A stretch of DNA of 53,257 nt from the NCBI GenBank assembly GCA_964410425.1, contig CAYPGT010000002.1, positions 1-53,257 on the forward strand, in the 5' to 3' direction. Each line of letters opens with the position of its first letter. Position 1 is the first letter of the stretch. The notes under the pieces are model-generated. The model had not been told where the DNA came from. It made no database searches and saw only the letters and a program-made list of their open reading frames with translations. The stretch comes from an uncultured Gammaproteobacteria bacterium. GTDB lineage: Bacteria; Cyanobacteriota; Vampirovibrionia; LMEP-6097. Of the stretch, positions 9,680 through 18,885 are shown in pieces. The position numbers were made by a program, and so were the translations under genes.

Positions 9680-11425
9680 ATGACTAAGCAACAAACCTAT
9701 AATATCCTTATATCTCTAATTATTGCCTTCTTTATCAGTTGGGAGGTCATCAGTCCAATTCTTACTAATGAGTTGGTAGTACAGGATGATTTTCGGCAAA
9801 GTTTGTTTTGGCTATGGCATCTTTGGGATCCGGAACTCTTCACTAATGATTTCTTTACACCAATATACTCAACCCTAGTACAAAAAGTTCCACTTTTATA
9901 TCTGCTGTTTAAGATCGCTCCCTTCTTCTGTAGCAGTATAATTTTCTATTCGAAATTTCTAGTACTTATTATTGCAGTTGCAACAGGGTTGATGGCATTT
10001 CTATTCTTTCAAGCTTTACTTGCTAACTACAATAGTTTTAATGAGAAGCTGGGTGAACTTAAGTTTCTAGGATTAAATTTTAAGTTAATTGATATCTGGG
10101 CTCTGTGTTTCTCTACGATATTAATCACTACAGCATGGTGCACGGATCATTTATCAGCAGCACATTCTAGATCTTTCGTATGGCTTGGGATTCTAGCTTA
10201 TATGTATTTTAAGCTTATTCATAAACCCATAGCTGCAGCTTCAGTTTGTTTTATTAGCATCTTCCTTAGTCCCCATGCGTTTTTGATTTGTTTTGCAATG
10301 GAATTTTTCTATGGCATTATCAAATACCGCAGTGCGTTTATAAACTTCAAGCAGAAGGAATTTTTACTTTGGTTCATTAATGGCGCAGTCACCGCATTTA
10401 CCTACTTAGTTCTGTTTAAGGATATTAAAACTCAAGGAGTGGGGACTGCGTTTACCGTAGCAGAGATGAAAGCCTTGCCAGAATTCAATCCTGGAGGCAG
10501 ACATCCGATATTTGGCTCCTCTATTTGGGATGGTAGCTGGTGGACAAACGAGCATTGGGGACTTGGTATTGGTTATCTTCCTATTAGTTCTATTATTAAA
10601 TATGCTTTCATAGCTGGGATAATTTATCTAATCTCTATATTAATTAGCAAGAAAAACAAGAAGAATATTTTTCACAATTCATTCTCTGCAATCTTTGCTT
10701 CGGTACCAGCGACCTTACTTTATGCAGCTATCTCTTTATACATAGCATCACAATTACTATTTCCGATTCTATACTTACCCAGCAGATACCTTGCTGTACC
10801 TTCCCTGCTGCTTTCAGTAATAAGCTTGACCTTAATGCTTGGTATCTGGCTCAGGGACTTAGCTCAAGAACTACCTAAGTCACTCTCTAACAGAGTTTTT
10901 GCCCTAGCATTAGTGATCACTACTGGAGCTTACTGGAATATTGCTCACAAGTTTTATCACACTCGCTATGTTTCTATCAGTCCAGAAGTTAATGCTGCAC
11001 TATCACAAACACCAAAGAACAGCCTTATCGCGGGACATCCAATATTACCAGATATCAACGTAGCCTCGATCACATCTAAACGGTCAGTCTTTGTTGATTA
11101 CGAACGCAGCATGGCTTACACACATGAATCACTCGCAGAGATCAGAAGGCGTAATGAAGTGGCACTAAGAATGACCTATGCTAAATCCAAGGAGGAGTTT
11201 TTGAAACTGGCTGATGATAACGGCATAACTCATTTCTTAGCTTTATATAACTTGTACCAAAAACCTTATATTGATAATCCAAGCTATATGGAGCCATATA
11301 ATGCCCTATTACGTGAACTAGTCAAACTCAATCCTGGAGAATCTTTCTTCTTAGAAAGATTTATGGCAGAGAAACATATAGGCTATATGGTTGTGGATAT
11401 CAACGATATACGCAATAGGTCTTAA
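9680..11425 (+). CDS. large polytopic membrane protein, GT-C-like glycosyltransferase candidate
   Basis: 581 aa with many hydrophobic segments, then a ~150-aa hydrophilic C-terminal region. Acidic pair (VVQDDF) lies just after the first hydrophobic segment, as in GT-C enzymes. Confidence 0.5.
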   Translation: MTKQQTYNILISLIIAFFISWEVISPILTNELVVQDDFRQSLFWLWHLWDPELFTNDFFTPIYSTLVQKVPLLYLLFKIAPFFCSSIIFYSKFLVLIIAVATGLMAFLFFQALLANYNSFNEKLGELKFLGLNFKLIDIWALCFSTILITTAWCTDHLSAAHSRSFVWLGILAYMYFKLIHKPIAAASVCFISIFLSPHAFLICFAMEFFYGIIKYRSAFINFKQKEFLLWFINGAVTAFTYLVLFKDIKTQGVGTAFTVAEMKALPEFNPGGRHPIFGSSIWDGSWWTNEHWGLGIGYLPISSIIKYAFIAGIIYLISILISKKNKKNIFHNSFSAIFASVPATLLYAAISLYIASQLLFPILYLPSRYLAVPSLLLSVISLTLMLGIWLRDLAQELPKSLSNRVFALALVITTGAYWNIAHKFYHTRYVSISPEVNAALSQTPKNSLIAGHPILPDINVASITSKRSVFVDYERSMAYTHESLAEIRRRNEVALRMTYAKSKEEFLKLADDNGITHFLALYNLYQKPYIDNPSYMEPYNALLRELVKLNPGESFFLERFMAEKHIGYMVVDINDIRNRS

Positions 11426-11487
11426 TATATAGTCTTAAGAATGATATGAAGAATCCGTTAAGCATGATAATATTTGGGTCATAGATC

Positions 11488-11850
11488 ATGCCTGCAGATA
11501 AAGACACCTTAGTAACAGCTAAAACTCAAAATACAGAATCAGCAGATTTTCAATTCCTCGCAACTTTAGATGAATTAGAACCTCACGGACAATTAAGTCG
11601 CTGGGTGAATGATCATGATATTTTACTTTATAAACATGAAGGTGAACTTAAAGCTATCAGTAATATTTGTCCACACTTTGGTGGACCAGTCGGCTATCGC
11701 AAGGCGAAGGATGGAATATTTACTTGTCTTTGGCATAATTGGCAATTCTCCTGTGCAGATGGTTCTTGTAAGACCAATCCAGGATTGAGTTTAAGGCAGT
11801 ATCAATTAAGAGTTGAGGGTAATAAAGTTTACGTAAACTTATTAGGGTAA
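11488..11850 (+). CDS. Rieske [2Fe-2S] domain protein
   Basis: 120 aa with CPHFGGPV ... CLWHNWQF (C-x-H ... C-x2-H Rieske ligands). Confidence 0.85.
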   Translation: MPADKDTLVTAKTQNTESADFQFLATLDELEPHGQLSRWVNDHDILLYKHEGELKAISNICPHFGGPVGYRKAKDGIFTCLWHNWQFSCADGSCKTNPGLSLRQYQLRVEGNKVYVNLLG

Positions 11851-11854
11851 AGTC

Positions 11855-12544
11855 ATGGTGAAAAATAAAAGTAACAAGGTTAAATTAACTCTGGAGCTAG
11901 AACTAGAGCAAGACTGCCCCAAGGAAGTAATAATGTGGAACTATTATGACCATGAACACTTACTGGGCACTCACCAAAAGCTTTACAGAGAAGCTCGTAT
12001 CTTAGCAGAAAGAGATGATTGGGCGTTGGTTTATAGAAGAGCTAAAATTCCTGTAGTACCTTTCGAGAATGAGGGAATTGGTTTTCAGTATATGCCTGAG
12101 CCTCATATTATGAGGACAGTTCATAGAGATATCTGGGGCATGTTAGACATGGAAGTTCACTTCTTTGATCTTCCTAACAACAGATCAAGAATGAAGATTT
12201 ATTACAATATGCATGTTCCTAGATGGATGGGATTTCTTCAACCAGCATTCAGGATAGTGTTTAGTTCATGGCTCAAAAACGCATGGGCAGAGGATGTACC
12301 AATGAGAAACAGACGCTGGAAAGTTCATACCTTGGGCTTCAAGGATTTTCATGGTATTGATTGGATTAACAAGAAACAAACTAAGCCTGTAGACCTCAAT
12401 CCTGGTCCTTATATTTTCGAACCACCAGTACCTTCTCTACCTGTTATTAAAAATGAAGGGATGTTCAGACCTGATGTAAGCGAAATAGTGCTACCCAATA
12501 AAGAATATAATGTTGACTATACAGCAGGAGTAGCAAATCATTGA
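11855..12544 (+). CDS. hypothetical protein; candidate non-heme iron catalytic partner of the Rieske protein
   Basis: 229 aa starting 4 nt after the Rieske ORF stop, in a different frame. YDHEHLLGTH (nt 11948-11974) fits the D-x2-H-x4-H mononuclear iron motif of Rieske oxygenase catalytic domains. Confidence 0.4.
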   Translation: MVKNKSNKVKLTLELELEQDCPKEVIMWNYYDHEHLLGTHQKLYREARILAERDDWALVYRRAKIPVVPFENEGIGFQYMPEPHIMRTVHRDIWGMLDMEVHFFDLPNNRSRMKIYYNMHVPRWMGFLQPAFRIVFSSWLKNAWAEDVPMRNRRWKVHTLGFKDFHGIDWINKKQTKPVDLNPGPYIFEPPVPSLPVIKNEGMFRPDVSEIVLPNKEYNVDYTAGVANH

Positions 12545-13437
12545 GTTGTATTGTATGTAATTCAGATAGTGAGTTACCTTTATTTACCGGACTAAAAGAC
12601 TGGGAGTACGAAACCTGTGGTCCAATTGATTTTTACAAATGTACCTGCTGTGGTCTGATATCACAAAAGCCCTTACCTAAGCTAGATCTAGTCCCAAAGT
12701 TTTATCCTGCTAACTATCGCAACTACTTAGCTATAGGCTCGGGCATATTCTCACAGTTAAAAAAAATAAAATTCCGCAAGCAAGCACAGGACCTTAGTAA
12801 GTTTTTCACTAAGAGTTCTAAAATTCTTGAAATCGGCTATGGTAACGGCGAGCTACTAGTAGCATTAAAAGATTTAGGATATGATAATTTATATGGTTGC
12901 GATTTCAGCAGTGCTGCCTCTGAAAAGCTCTCAAACAAAGGCATTCAAGTTCAAGTAGCTAACGTTGAAAAAGAAATCCCATTTAACAAAGAGTTCGATA
13001 TCATTCTTCTCAACAATGTTATAGAACATTTCTTAGATCCAGCAGCCGTAATGAAGAACTGCTACTCCAAGCTTAAACCTGGAGGACTGTTACTCTTATT
13101 CACACCTAACTCTAAAGCAATTGAACTTTCTATATTTGGGAAATATTGGGCTGGGCTCCATGTCCCAAGACATATACATTTATTCAATCAACAAAATCTA
13201 CAGCTGATGTCTAAGAAAAGTGGCTTCTCTTCTATAAAATTTCATGCAGATCTAGATCCTGCTCAGTGGGCGATATCCATACAGAACTATCTTCAAGACA
13301 CTAAACTATTTCACACTAAATTAGAGAACGGCATGTCATTCTATATGGTTCCCTTAAGCTTGATGTTTATTCCAGTCGCAATCCTACAAAGACTTACAGG
13401 AAACAGTACAGGGATTCTGGCAGTCTTAAAAAAATAA
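12541..13437 (+). CDS. class I SAM-dependent methyltransferase with N-terminal Cys4 zinc-ribbon
   Basis: 298 aa. CIVC ... CTCC pairs at the N-terminus, ILEIGYGNGELL motif I, NNVIEHFLDP. TTG start as given by the ORF track; overlaps the preceding ORF by 4 nt. Confidence 0.78.
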   Translation: MSCIVCNSDSELPLFTGLKDWEYETCGPIDFYKCTCCGLISQKPLPKLDLVPKFYPANYRNYLAIGSGIFSQLKKIKFRKQAQDLSKFFTKSSKILEIGYGNGELLVALKDLGYDNLYGCDFSSAASEKLSNKGIQVQVANVEKEIPFNKEFDIILLNNVIEHFLDPAAVMKNCYSKLKPGGLLLLFTPNSKAIELSIFGKYWAGLHVPRHIHLFNQQNLQLMSKKSGFSSIKFHADLDPAQWAISIQNYLQDTKLFHTKLENGMSFYMVPLSLMFIPVAILQRLTGNSTGILAVLKK

Positions 13438-13452
13438 GTTATAATCACAGTA

Positions 13453-15708
13453 ATGTTGATTACTTTAATCCTAATTAAATTCGCTATTTTACTTTTAGTT
13501 TTAAGCTTAATCGGCAAAGCTCTCTATCAAAAACTTACTAGTCAAACTGAAAATATATTAGCCAATAGCTACAAGCTTACGCGCTATGCAAGTTACCTAA
13601 TAATAGGTCTAGGGTTTGCCTTAGTCACATCACATCTACTGTCATTTATCACTCAAAGCTACAGAAGCAGTTTGAATATTCTTCTGCCTGTCTTCTTAGT
13701 TGTAGCAGGGATTCCCTGTGTTAATTTCTTCAAAAATAAAGACCGTAATTGGCTTGAGTTAATTAAATTTAGCAAGGTTGAATTATTTCTTTTAGCGCTA
13801 CTGGGTTATCTAGGCTATATCTACATTCAAGTAGATGCTTTTACTTTCGGTTCTTGGGATAAGATTCATCATTGCTATGTTGCTTCAATCATGGAGAATA
13901 ATTTCTATCCTCCAGCAGAACCTACTGACATAAGCCAAAAGATGGACTATTACCATTATGGTGTTGACCTTATAGCTGGAGCATTTAGTCATTATTTAGG
14001 CATAGAACTCTGGTACGCTTACGCATTACAACTAGCCTTGTTTGTTTGCATATTAATAGTATTCTTATTCTCAACCATAAGCCTTTTCATTCCCAGTGCA
14101 GCACTTGCAGCATTCTTAACCATATTCACTTTCTTTTTCTCAACACTGAATAATCTAGAGTTCTTATTGCGCTATAGCACTATATTTGCTGGTTATCCTC
14201 TCGACTTAGCAAAATTCTTCGATGTCTTCAAAGCTATGTCTGCTCTATCAGCCAAGAATTTAAGCGTGCGCATGCTTTTCTACTCTCCGAATATGGGGTT
14301 TGCGATGTCATTTACTAGCTTATTCTTCTTAGTAAAATTCCTCAAACTAGATGAACTAAAGAACTATATTAAGTATCTAATTATCGTCTTCTGCTCATTC
14401 TTACTATATTTCGGTGAACCTTCAATGTGGTATCCGTTTTTTGGGGCATTAGCTATATACTCAACAATTAAATTTCTCTATAACTTCAAACCTTTAGGCA
14501 TTGAAGCATCTATAAAAGCAAGTAAACTAAGTCTCTGCTATATCGCCTCGATGTTCTTAGGTAAACTCATCTGCATGAACAGGCATATCTCAGACTTCAA
14601 CGGTATTAATCTATTTAGCTTTCATCCATCTCTTAATTTAAACATTCCTATTAGCTGGGGCTCTATATATCAGCGATTATTTATCGATGAAATTCTTAAA
14701 CACTATAAGATCATACATCACCATTTCAATTATTTTGAAGCTCCTTTGTTCTCAGAGATTGGTTTTCGAGAGATTGGCATATTTGTTCTTCTAGGTTTCA
14801 TAGCATTATTATTAAATTTATTTATCAAGAAACAGAGTTTTCCAGTAGCTTTTATTTTCCTAGTAGCATTCTTGGGATTTCTCGTTCCTTTCTTTTTTGA
14901 GTACTCAATCAGACCAGAAGAAGACCTAAGATTCATAATCTTCAGCAAACCATTTTTCACTTTAGCTGCTACTTTAGGATTCTTCATGCTCAGCAGGAAT
15001 TTCAACAACTTCTTCTCAAGTTGGGAATTAATTATCATTGCCTTAATGATCTTAAACATAGCTCCAACTTTTTACACAGTGGTTACAGGTGAAGCTCCTC
15101 ATCAGGGTCACCTAGTCGTCACTCCTGAACAAAGCAAATTCGTTAAAGAATTTCGCAAGTATCATAAGTCTGGCGAAACCTGCTTAGATGACTCTATGTA
15201 TATAGGCTGGGCAGGTAACTCTACCTTGGCAGGCTGCTATGGGTTGGGTTATAAGCTCTATAGAGAAAACAAGAATACTCGAGAGACGGCTTTAGCCACC
15301 ATGAATCCTTTCTTACTTAAAGAGCTTAACGTTGATTATATTGTCATCAGCGATTACGACAAACTCTCTGCAGAAGCGAAACAGCGACTTGGCGATCCAA
15401 AGCTCTTCAGTGAAATGAAGATAGATGATAGCCTTAATTGGCATATCTATAAATTCAATAAGAACTTTAATACAGCTGATAATATAAAACTCGCTGATGA
15501 ATATATCTGGGCTGTTACCATGGTAGATATTGATGGAGGAACTCTTATGGTTGAAGATACAGAGCACCATTATTATATGTCCAAAGACCGTAAGCTTCTT
15601 CTAGATGAACTCGCGAAGATCAAGGATATAATTAAGGATCAAAGTGTAGAGTTTGTTGTTTGGGGTTCAGTGGAAGCTTTTAAGACAGCTGATTTCGCTA
15701 AGAAGTGA
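13453..15708 (+). CDS. large polytopic membrane protein, GT-C-like candidate; paralogue of 43521-45722
   Basis: 751 aa, many hydrophobic segments plus a soluble C-terminal ~200 aa. Shares YHYG(V/T)DLI and NP(F/L)LLKEL(N/H)V.Y ... AKQRL(G/D)(D/N)PKLF with the 733-aa protein. Confidence 0.5.
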   Translation: MLITLILIKFAILLLVLSLIGKALYQKLTSQTENILANSYKLTRYASYLIIGLGFALVTSHLLSFITQSYRSSLNILLPVFLVVAGIPCVNFFKNKDRNWLELIKFSKVELFLLALLGYLGYIYIQVDAFTFGSWDKIHHCYVASIMENNFYPPAEPTDISQKMDYYHYGVDLIAGAFSHYLGIELWYAYALQLALFVCILIVFLFSTISLFIPSAALAAFLTIFTFFFSTLNNLEFLLRYSTIFAGYPLDLAKFFDVFKAMSALSAKNLSVRMLFYSPNMGFAMSFTSLFFLVKFLKLDELKNYIKYLIIVFCSFLLYFGEPSMWYPFFGALAIYSTIKFLYNFKPLGIEASIKASKLSLCYIASMFLGKLICMNRHISDFNGINLFSFHPSLNLNIPISWGSIYQRLFIDEILKHYKIIHHHFNYFEAPLFSEIGFREIGIFVLLGFIALLLNLFIKKQSFPVAFIFLVAFLGFLVPFFFEYSIRPEEDLRFIIFSKPFFTLAATLGFFMLSRNFNNFFSSWELIIIALMILNIAPTFYTVVTGEAPHQGHLVVTPEQSKFVKEFRKYHKSGETCLDDSMYIGWAGNSTLAGCYGLGYKLYRENKNTRETALATMNPFLLKELNVDYIVISDYDKLSAEAKQRLGDPKLFSEMKIDDSLNWHIYKFNKNFNTADNIKLADEYIWAVTMVDIDGGTLMVEDTEHHYYMSKDRKLLLDELAKIKDIIKDQSVEFVVWGSVEAFKTADFAKK

Positions 15709-15731
15709 TCTCCTCATAGTAATTCAATAAA

Positions 15732-15862
15732 GTTTTGGCAATTTGTAACTGTCTTTTCTCCGTTCAGGTCAAAAGATCGGGTATTTGTGTAATTGCAGAT
15801 TCCCTCCCTTGAAGATCTGGTTGACCTGAAACTTCGAAAATCCAGTTACAAATTGCCAAAAC
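15732..15862. repeat. 131-nt long inverted-repeat element (MITE-like or structured RNA) between convergent genes
   Basis: Perfect 20-nt arms: gttttggcaatttgtaactg (15732-15751) and cagttacaaattgccaaaac (15843-15862). Inner perfect 10-nt arms: ttcaggtcaa (15763-15772) and ttgacctgaa (15821-15830). Further agatc/gatct pairing inside. Confidence 0.65.
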
Positions 15863-15893
15863 TAAAATCATGAAACTTTCGGAGGAATACTAT

Positions 15894-15934
15894 AGGCGCG
15901 TAACCACAACCAAATGAGATTTAGATTAATAATT
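15894..15934. repeat. ~40-nt intergenic repeat, copy 1 (second copy at 20308-20354)
   Basis: aggcgcgtaaccacaaccaaatgagatttagattaataatt shares the blocks aggcgcgtaacca, aac, agatttagat and taataatt with 20308-20354. It abuts or overlaps the stop of the minus-strand gene 15926-17515. Confidence 0.55.
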
Positions 15935-17515
15935 GATTTGACGAGATAGACTTTTAGCTAACATATCCTTCCCTAAGTAATACAGTAAATGACAATATGG
16001 GTAGTGATGTAAGGCAGCGATATTTAAGTAGATCAAAGCTGTCATCACTTGAACTTTCCTGTAGTCATAACCCTTAGACTCAAGATAGCTTTGAAAGAAC
16101 CTTTCACACTCCACTAATATCTGCTTACGATGCAGGTCATAGCTGATTTCATTGGCGTTAATTTTAGTCTCATATAAATCCTTCGCTATCAATTCATGAC
16201 AAACAATAAGTCCGTGATTAAGCTTTCCTAAGTCGTAATAGACATCACCATATTCAATTACTCCACCAAAGTTTTGTCTCCAATCAAGAAAAGTAAACTC
16301 ATGCGTATTTTTGTTGTACAAAATATTCTCAAAATGAAAATCACCATGAAAGTTACCTGGCAAGCCATTTGTAACCCAGTCCCAATCTAGGCTATCGAGT
16401 AGAGCCTTAGTACTTGGGCGTTCTAAACCATTGATCATCTCTTCTTTATCAGTATTGCCAAAGACTTTATAATACTGTTCTACACGCTGGAAAGTTTTAA
16501 TCTTATAAAAATCAACACAAGTATCTTTGAAACGCTTCTGTTCTTCTGGGCTTAGGGTCTTAGGCTTAGCAGGACTCGAATCCCAAAACTTCTGAGAATA
16601 ATCTAGTAATTCCTTAAATATTTTAAGATCAATAATTTTAGAAAGTACTTCACCTTGAACTTCTTGGTAGCAGTACATATGCTCTGTAGCTCCAGTAATG
16701 GGAGGCACAAAATCGCCCAAGACCTGAGTACGTTTAACTCTATCAGAAATAAACTTGTCATCAGTATTAAACTTAATTACCTTATCATTAACAAACCAAA
16801 TTGCTTCAGTGGGTTTCTCCAGTATATTTGGACCTTCTGGGTCATGGAATTGACTACGCACCTTATTCAAAGCTTCAAGATTGCCAGTGTCATGCCAACT
16901 AAACTTAGATGCGGTAATATTTTTCAGCTCTCTTAATCCATAGCTCTCACCAAGCAAGATAGCCTCAGCTCCACCTGCTTCCATGGCTTGCCAAAAGCTC
17001 TTATAATCATAAATTCCAGCTAGTCCAATATAAGGATAAATATTATTTGCCTTAGTCCCTTTCTCTAATATTTTTAAGACTATATTAGCTTCTACTTGAA
17101 CAGTACGATATTGATCTATTGAGCCTTCGACTTGAGCGTAGCCCATCCAATTATGATCAGGCTCTGCTATCCTCTCATCAACAATGGTGTCACAAGAACA
17201 AAAAATAAAAGGACATTGTAAATATTCCTTACAACTCAGCACCGTCAAACCCAGTCCAGATCCCTCACCCTCAAATGGACTAACTTCTACAAACTCAAAC
17301 TTACGCTCAGGATATGCGAGTTCTAAATATTCTCTAACTAAGTTTCCCTTATAACCCAAAGCAATAACCATAGGAACTTCTTGAGGAAATTTTTCTATAA
17401 TATATGAAATACTAGGCTTATTAGCAATAGCAACTAGCGACTTATTTACGTTCTTAGTCAGATCAGCCAAGCGTGATCCAGTACCAGCAGTTGGAATTAA
17501 TACTTTATAGATCAA
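15926..17515 (-). CDS. bifunctional sugar-phosphate nucleotidyltransferase / APH-fold (choline/anomeric-sugar kinase-like) kinase
   Basis: 529 aa. N-terminal LIPTAGTGSRL (G-x-G-T-R-L nucleotidyltransferase signature). C-terminal FHGDFHFENILY (H-x-D-x4-N kinase motif) followed by FLDW. Confidence 0.78.
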   Translation of the reverse strand: MIYKVLIPTAGTGSRLADLTKNVNKSLVAIANKPSISYIIEKFPQEVPMVIALGYKGNLVREYLELAYPERKFEFVEVSPFEGEGSGLGLTVLSCKEYLQCPFIFCSCDTIVDERIAEPDHNWMGYAQVEGSIDQYRTVQVEANIVLKILEKGTKANNIYPYIGLAGIYDYKSFWQAMEAGGAEAILLGESYGLRELKNITASKFSWHDTGNLEALNKVRSQFHDPEGPNILEKPTEAIWFVNDKVIKFNTDDKFISDRVKRTQVLGDFVPPITGATEHMYCYQEVQGEVLSKIIDLKIFKELLDYSQKFWDSSPAKPKTLSPEEQKRFKDTCVDFYKIKTFQRVEQYYKVFGNTDKEEMINGLERPSTKALLDSLDWDWVTNGLPGNFHGDFHFENILYNKNTHEFTFLDWRQNFGGVIEYGDVYYDLGKLNHGLIVCHELIAKDLYETKINANEISYDLHRKQILVECERFFQSYLESKGYDYRKVQVMTALIYLNIAALHHYPYCHLLYYLGKDMLAKSLSRQINY

Positions 17516-17859
17516 TTTCTTTTATAGTCGTCAACCAGACGCACTACATCATCCATTTCTGGTGTAGAGGCTTCAAGATAGACAGCATCTCCCAACTCAG
17601 CTTCCATTCTATGCACTACGCCAGGGCTAATAGTCACAGATTCACCAGGATGAAACTGTTGCTTAGCGAGAGTTTCAACACTATTACCAATATAAATATT
17701 TAGGATTCCTTCAAGCACATAAATAGTTTCCTTCTTATGATTATGATATTGAATACTGCATCTATGCCCCTTATGCATAGTAAGCTTTTTCATCATGTAC
17801 TTGTCATTGATTTCTACTACTTCTTCTTTGCCCCAGGGCTTGTCTATTGTTTGTAACAT
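17512..17859 (-). CDS. cupin domain protein, type II phosphomannose-isomerase-like
   Basis: 115 aa. KPWGKEEVV ... KKLTMHKGHRCSIQYHNHKKETIYVLEG matches the PMI-type cupin pattern. 4-nt overlap with the downstream gene. Confidence 0.75.
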   Translation of the reverse strand: MLQTIDKPWGKEEVVEINDKYMMKKLTMHKGHRCSIQYHNHKKETIYVLEGILNIYIGNSVETLAKQQFHPGESVTISPGVVHRMEAELGDAVYLEASTPEMDDVVRLVDDYKRN

Positions 17860-17918
17860 AATTATATTATTTATCCTATATTTCTATTGAGAATCCTTCC
17901 AAACATCAAAATAGAAAT

Positions 17919-17955
17919 GGGTTCCGCCTCTCCGCGGCGGTTGCGCTGCGCGCGA
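17919..17955. repeat. GC-rich hairpin-forming intergenic element, copy 2
   Basis: gggttccgcctctccgcggcggttgcgctgcgcgcga is near-identical in its core to 20242-20279. ccgcc/ggcgg and gcgc/gcgc self-complementary blocks. Confidence 0.65.
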
Positions 17956-18054
17956 CATAATAAAAAATTATTTAGCAGCCCATGAGACACAGCCGTGTCG
18001 TAGACACATATTATAGTAAAAATGAAAATTAAATTGATTGAGTAAGTGAACATA

Positions 18055-18885
18055 TTAAGTAATTTTATACTCCGCTAACTCTGGATAGTGCTCAAAAAAC
18101 TTATCATAAAAATTCTTAGAATACATCTGTAATAACCAGCGACTATTAAATCCATATTTATTACGCATCCAGCTCTTACCTTCTTGAAGCAGCTTCTGAA
18201 TATTTATATCATAACTATCCGTCATCATTATTCCAGCCTTAGTTTTCAAGTAAGATTCATTCTCTGCCTGCCAAGCTCTTGGAGTGATACCGCAAGCCCA
18301 GTCATTGGCATAAGCCTTCGCAATAAGCTCTAAGTCAACTCCATAACCTCTGAAATTAGCTCCATCGAACATGAAGTTAATATGGCTTGAGTTTTCCATT
18401 GGTATGATATCTTCGATAAATTCTCTTCTAATAAACCAAGAAAGGAATTGTGTGTACCAAAAATACTTGACTTCTTTAGTATCTCTTATAAGTATCTTCT
18501 CTCCCCATTGTTCTGAGCATGGAGACAGAATGCCAAGTCGAGGATGTTTATTCATCTCTTCTTCCAAAATTTCAACTACATTAGGTGTAGAGAACTCTAT
18601 ATCATTACAAACCAAGAAAAAATAATCATACTGCTTAAACTTACTATCTTCATAGAGTTTATGTAAGCCATAGTTAAAGCCTCTTGGATAACGCAATCCT
18701 TCCTCTATCGCTTCCGGCCAGTCAGCATGCCAGGTACAATATTTAGATAGAGAATCTTTATTAGAGCCACTTTCTACTACGTAGACATCAGTAAACTCAG
18801 AATTATATTTCTCTAAATTCTCACAGAGCTTATTAGTAACATCTGGTAAATTTCTATTAAGAACTATAGTGGCAGTTCTTTTCAT
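18055..18885 (-). CDS. glycosyltransferase family 2-like protein
   Basis: 276 aa. IVLNRNLPDVT ... VYVVESGSNKD and RGFNYGL resemble the GT2 N-terminal region and acceptor loop. Confidence 0.55.
   Translation of the reverse strand: MKRTATIVLNRNLPDVTNKLCENLEKYNSEFTDVYVVESGSNKDSLSKYCTWHADWPEAIEEGLRYPRGFNYGLHKLYEDSKFKQYDYFFLVCNDIEFSTPNVVEILEEEMNKHPRLGILSPCSEQWGEKILIRDTKEVKYFWYTQFLSWFIRREFIEDIIPMENSSHINFMFDGANFRGYGVDLELIAKAYANDWACGITPRAWQAENESYLKTKAGIMMTDSYDINIQKLLQEGKSWMRNKYGFNSRWLLQMYSKNFYDKFFEHYPELAEYKIT

Noticed and set aside
15735-15750. Sigma-54 promoter (TGGCA word in the terminal repeat)
   Set aside because: The GG and GC elements are not at the required -24/-12 spacing in either copy or orientation.
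15732-15862. SRP (4.5S) RNA, because the element is a ~130-nt long hairpin
   Set aside because: I could not find the conserved helix-8 features (GNRA tetraloop flanked by the AGG / AGCA-type loops). Perfect 20-bp terminal pairing is not typical of 4.5S RNA.
17871-18053. 60-aa minus-strand ORF in the spacer between the cupin and GT2-like genes
   Set aside because: The ORF is largely a read-through of GC-rich repeat copy 2 (RAQRNRRGEAEP). There is no sensible start context, and the same repeat elsewhere is non-coding.
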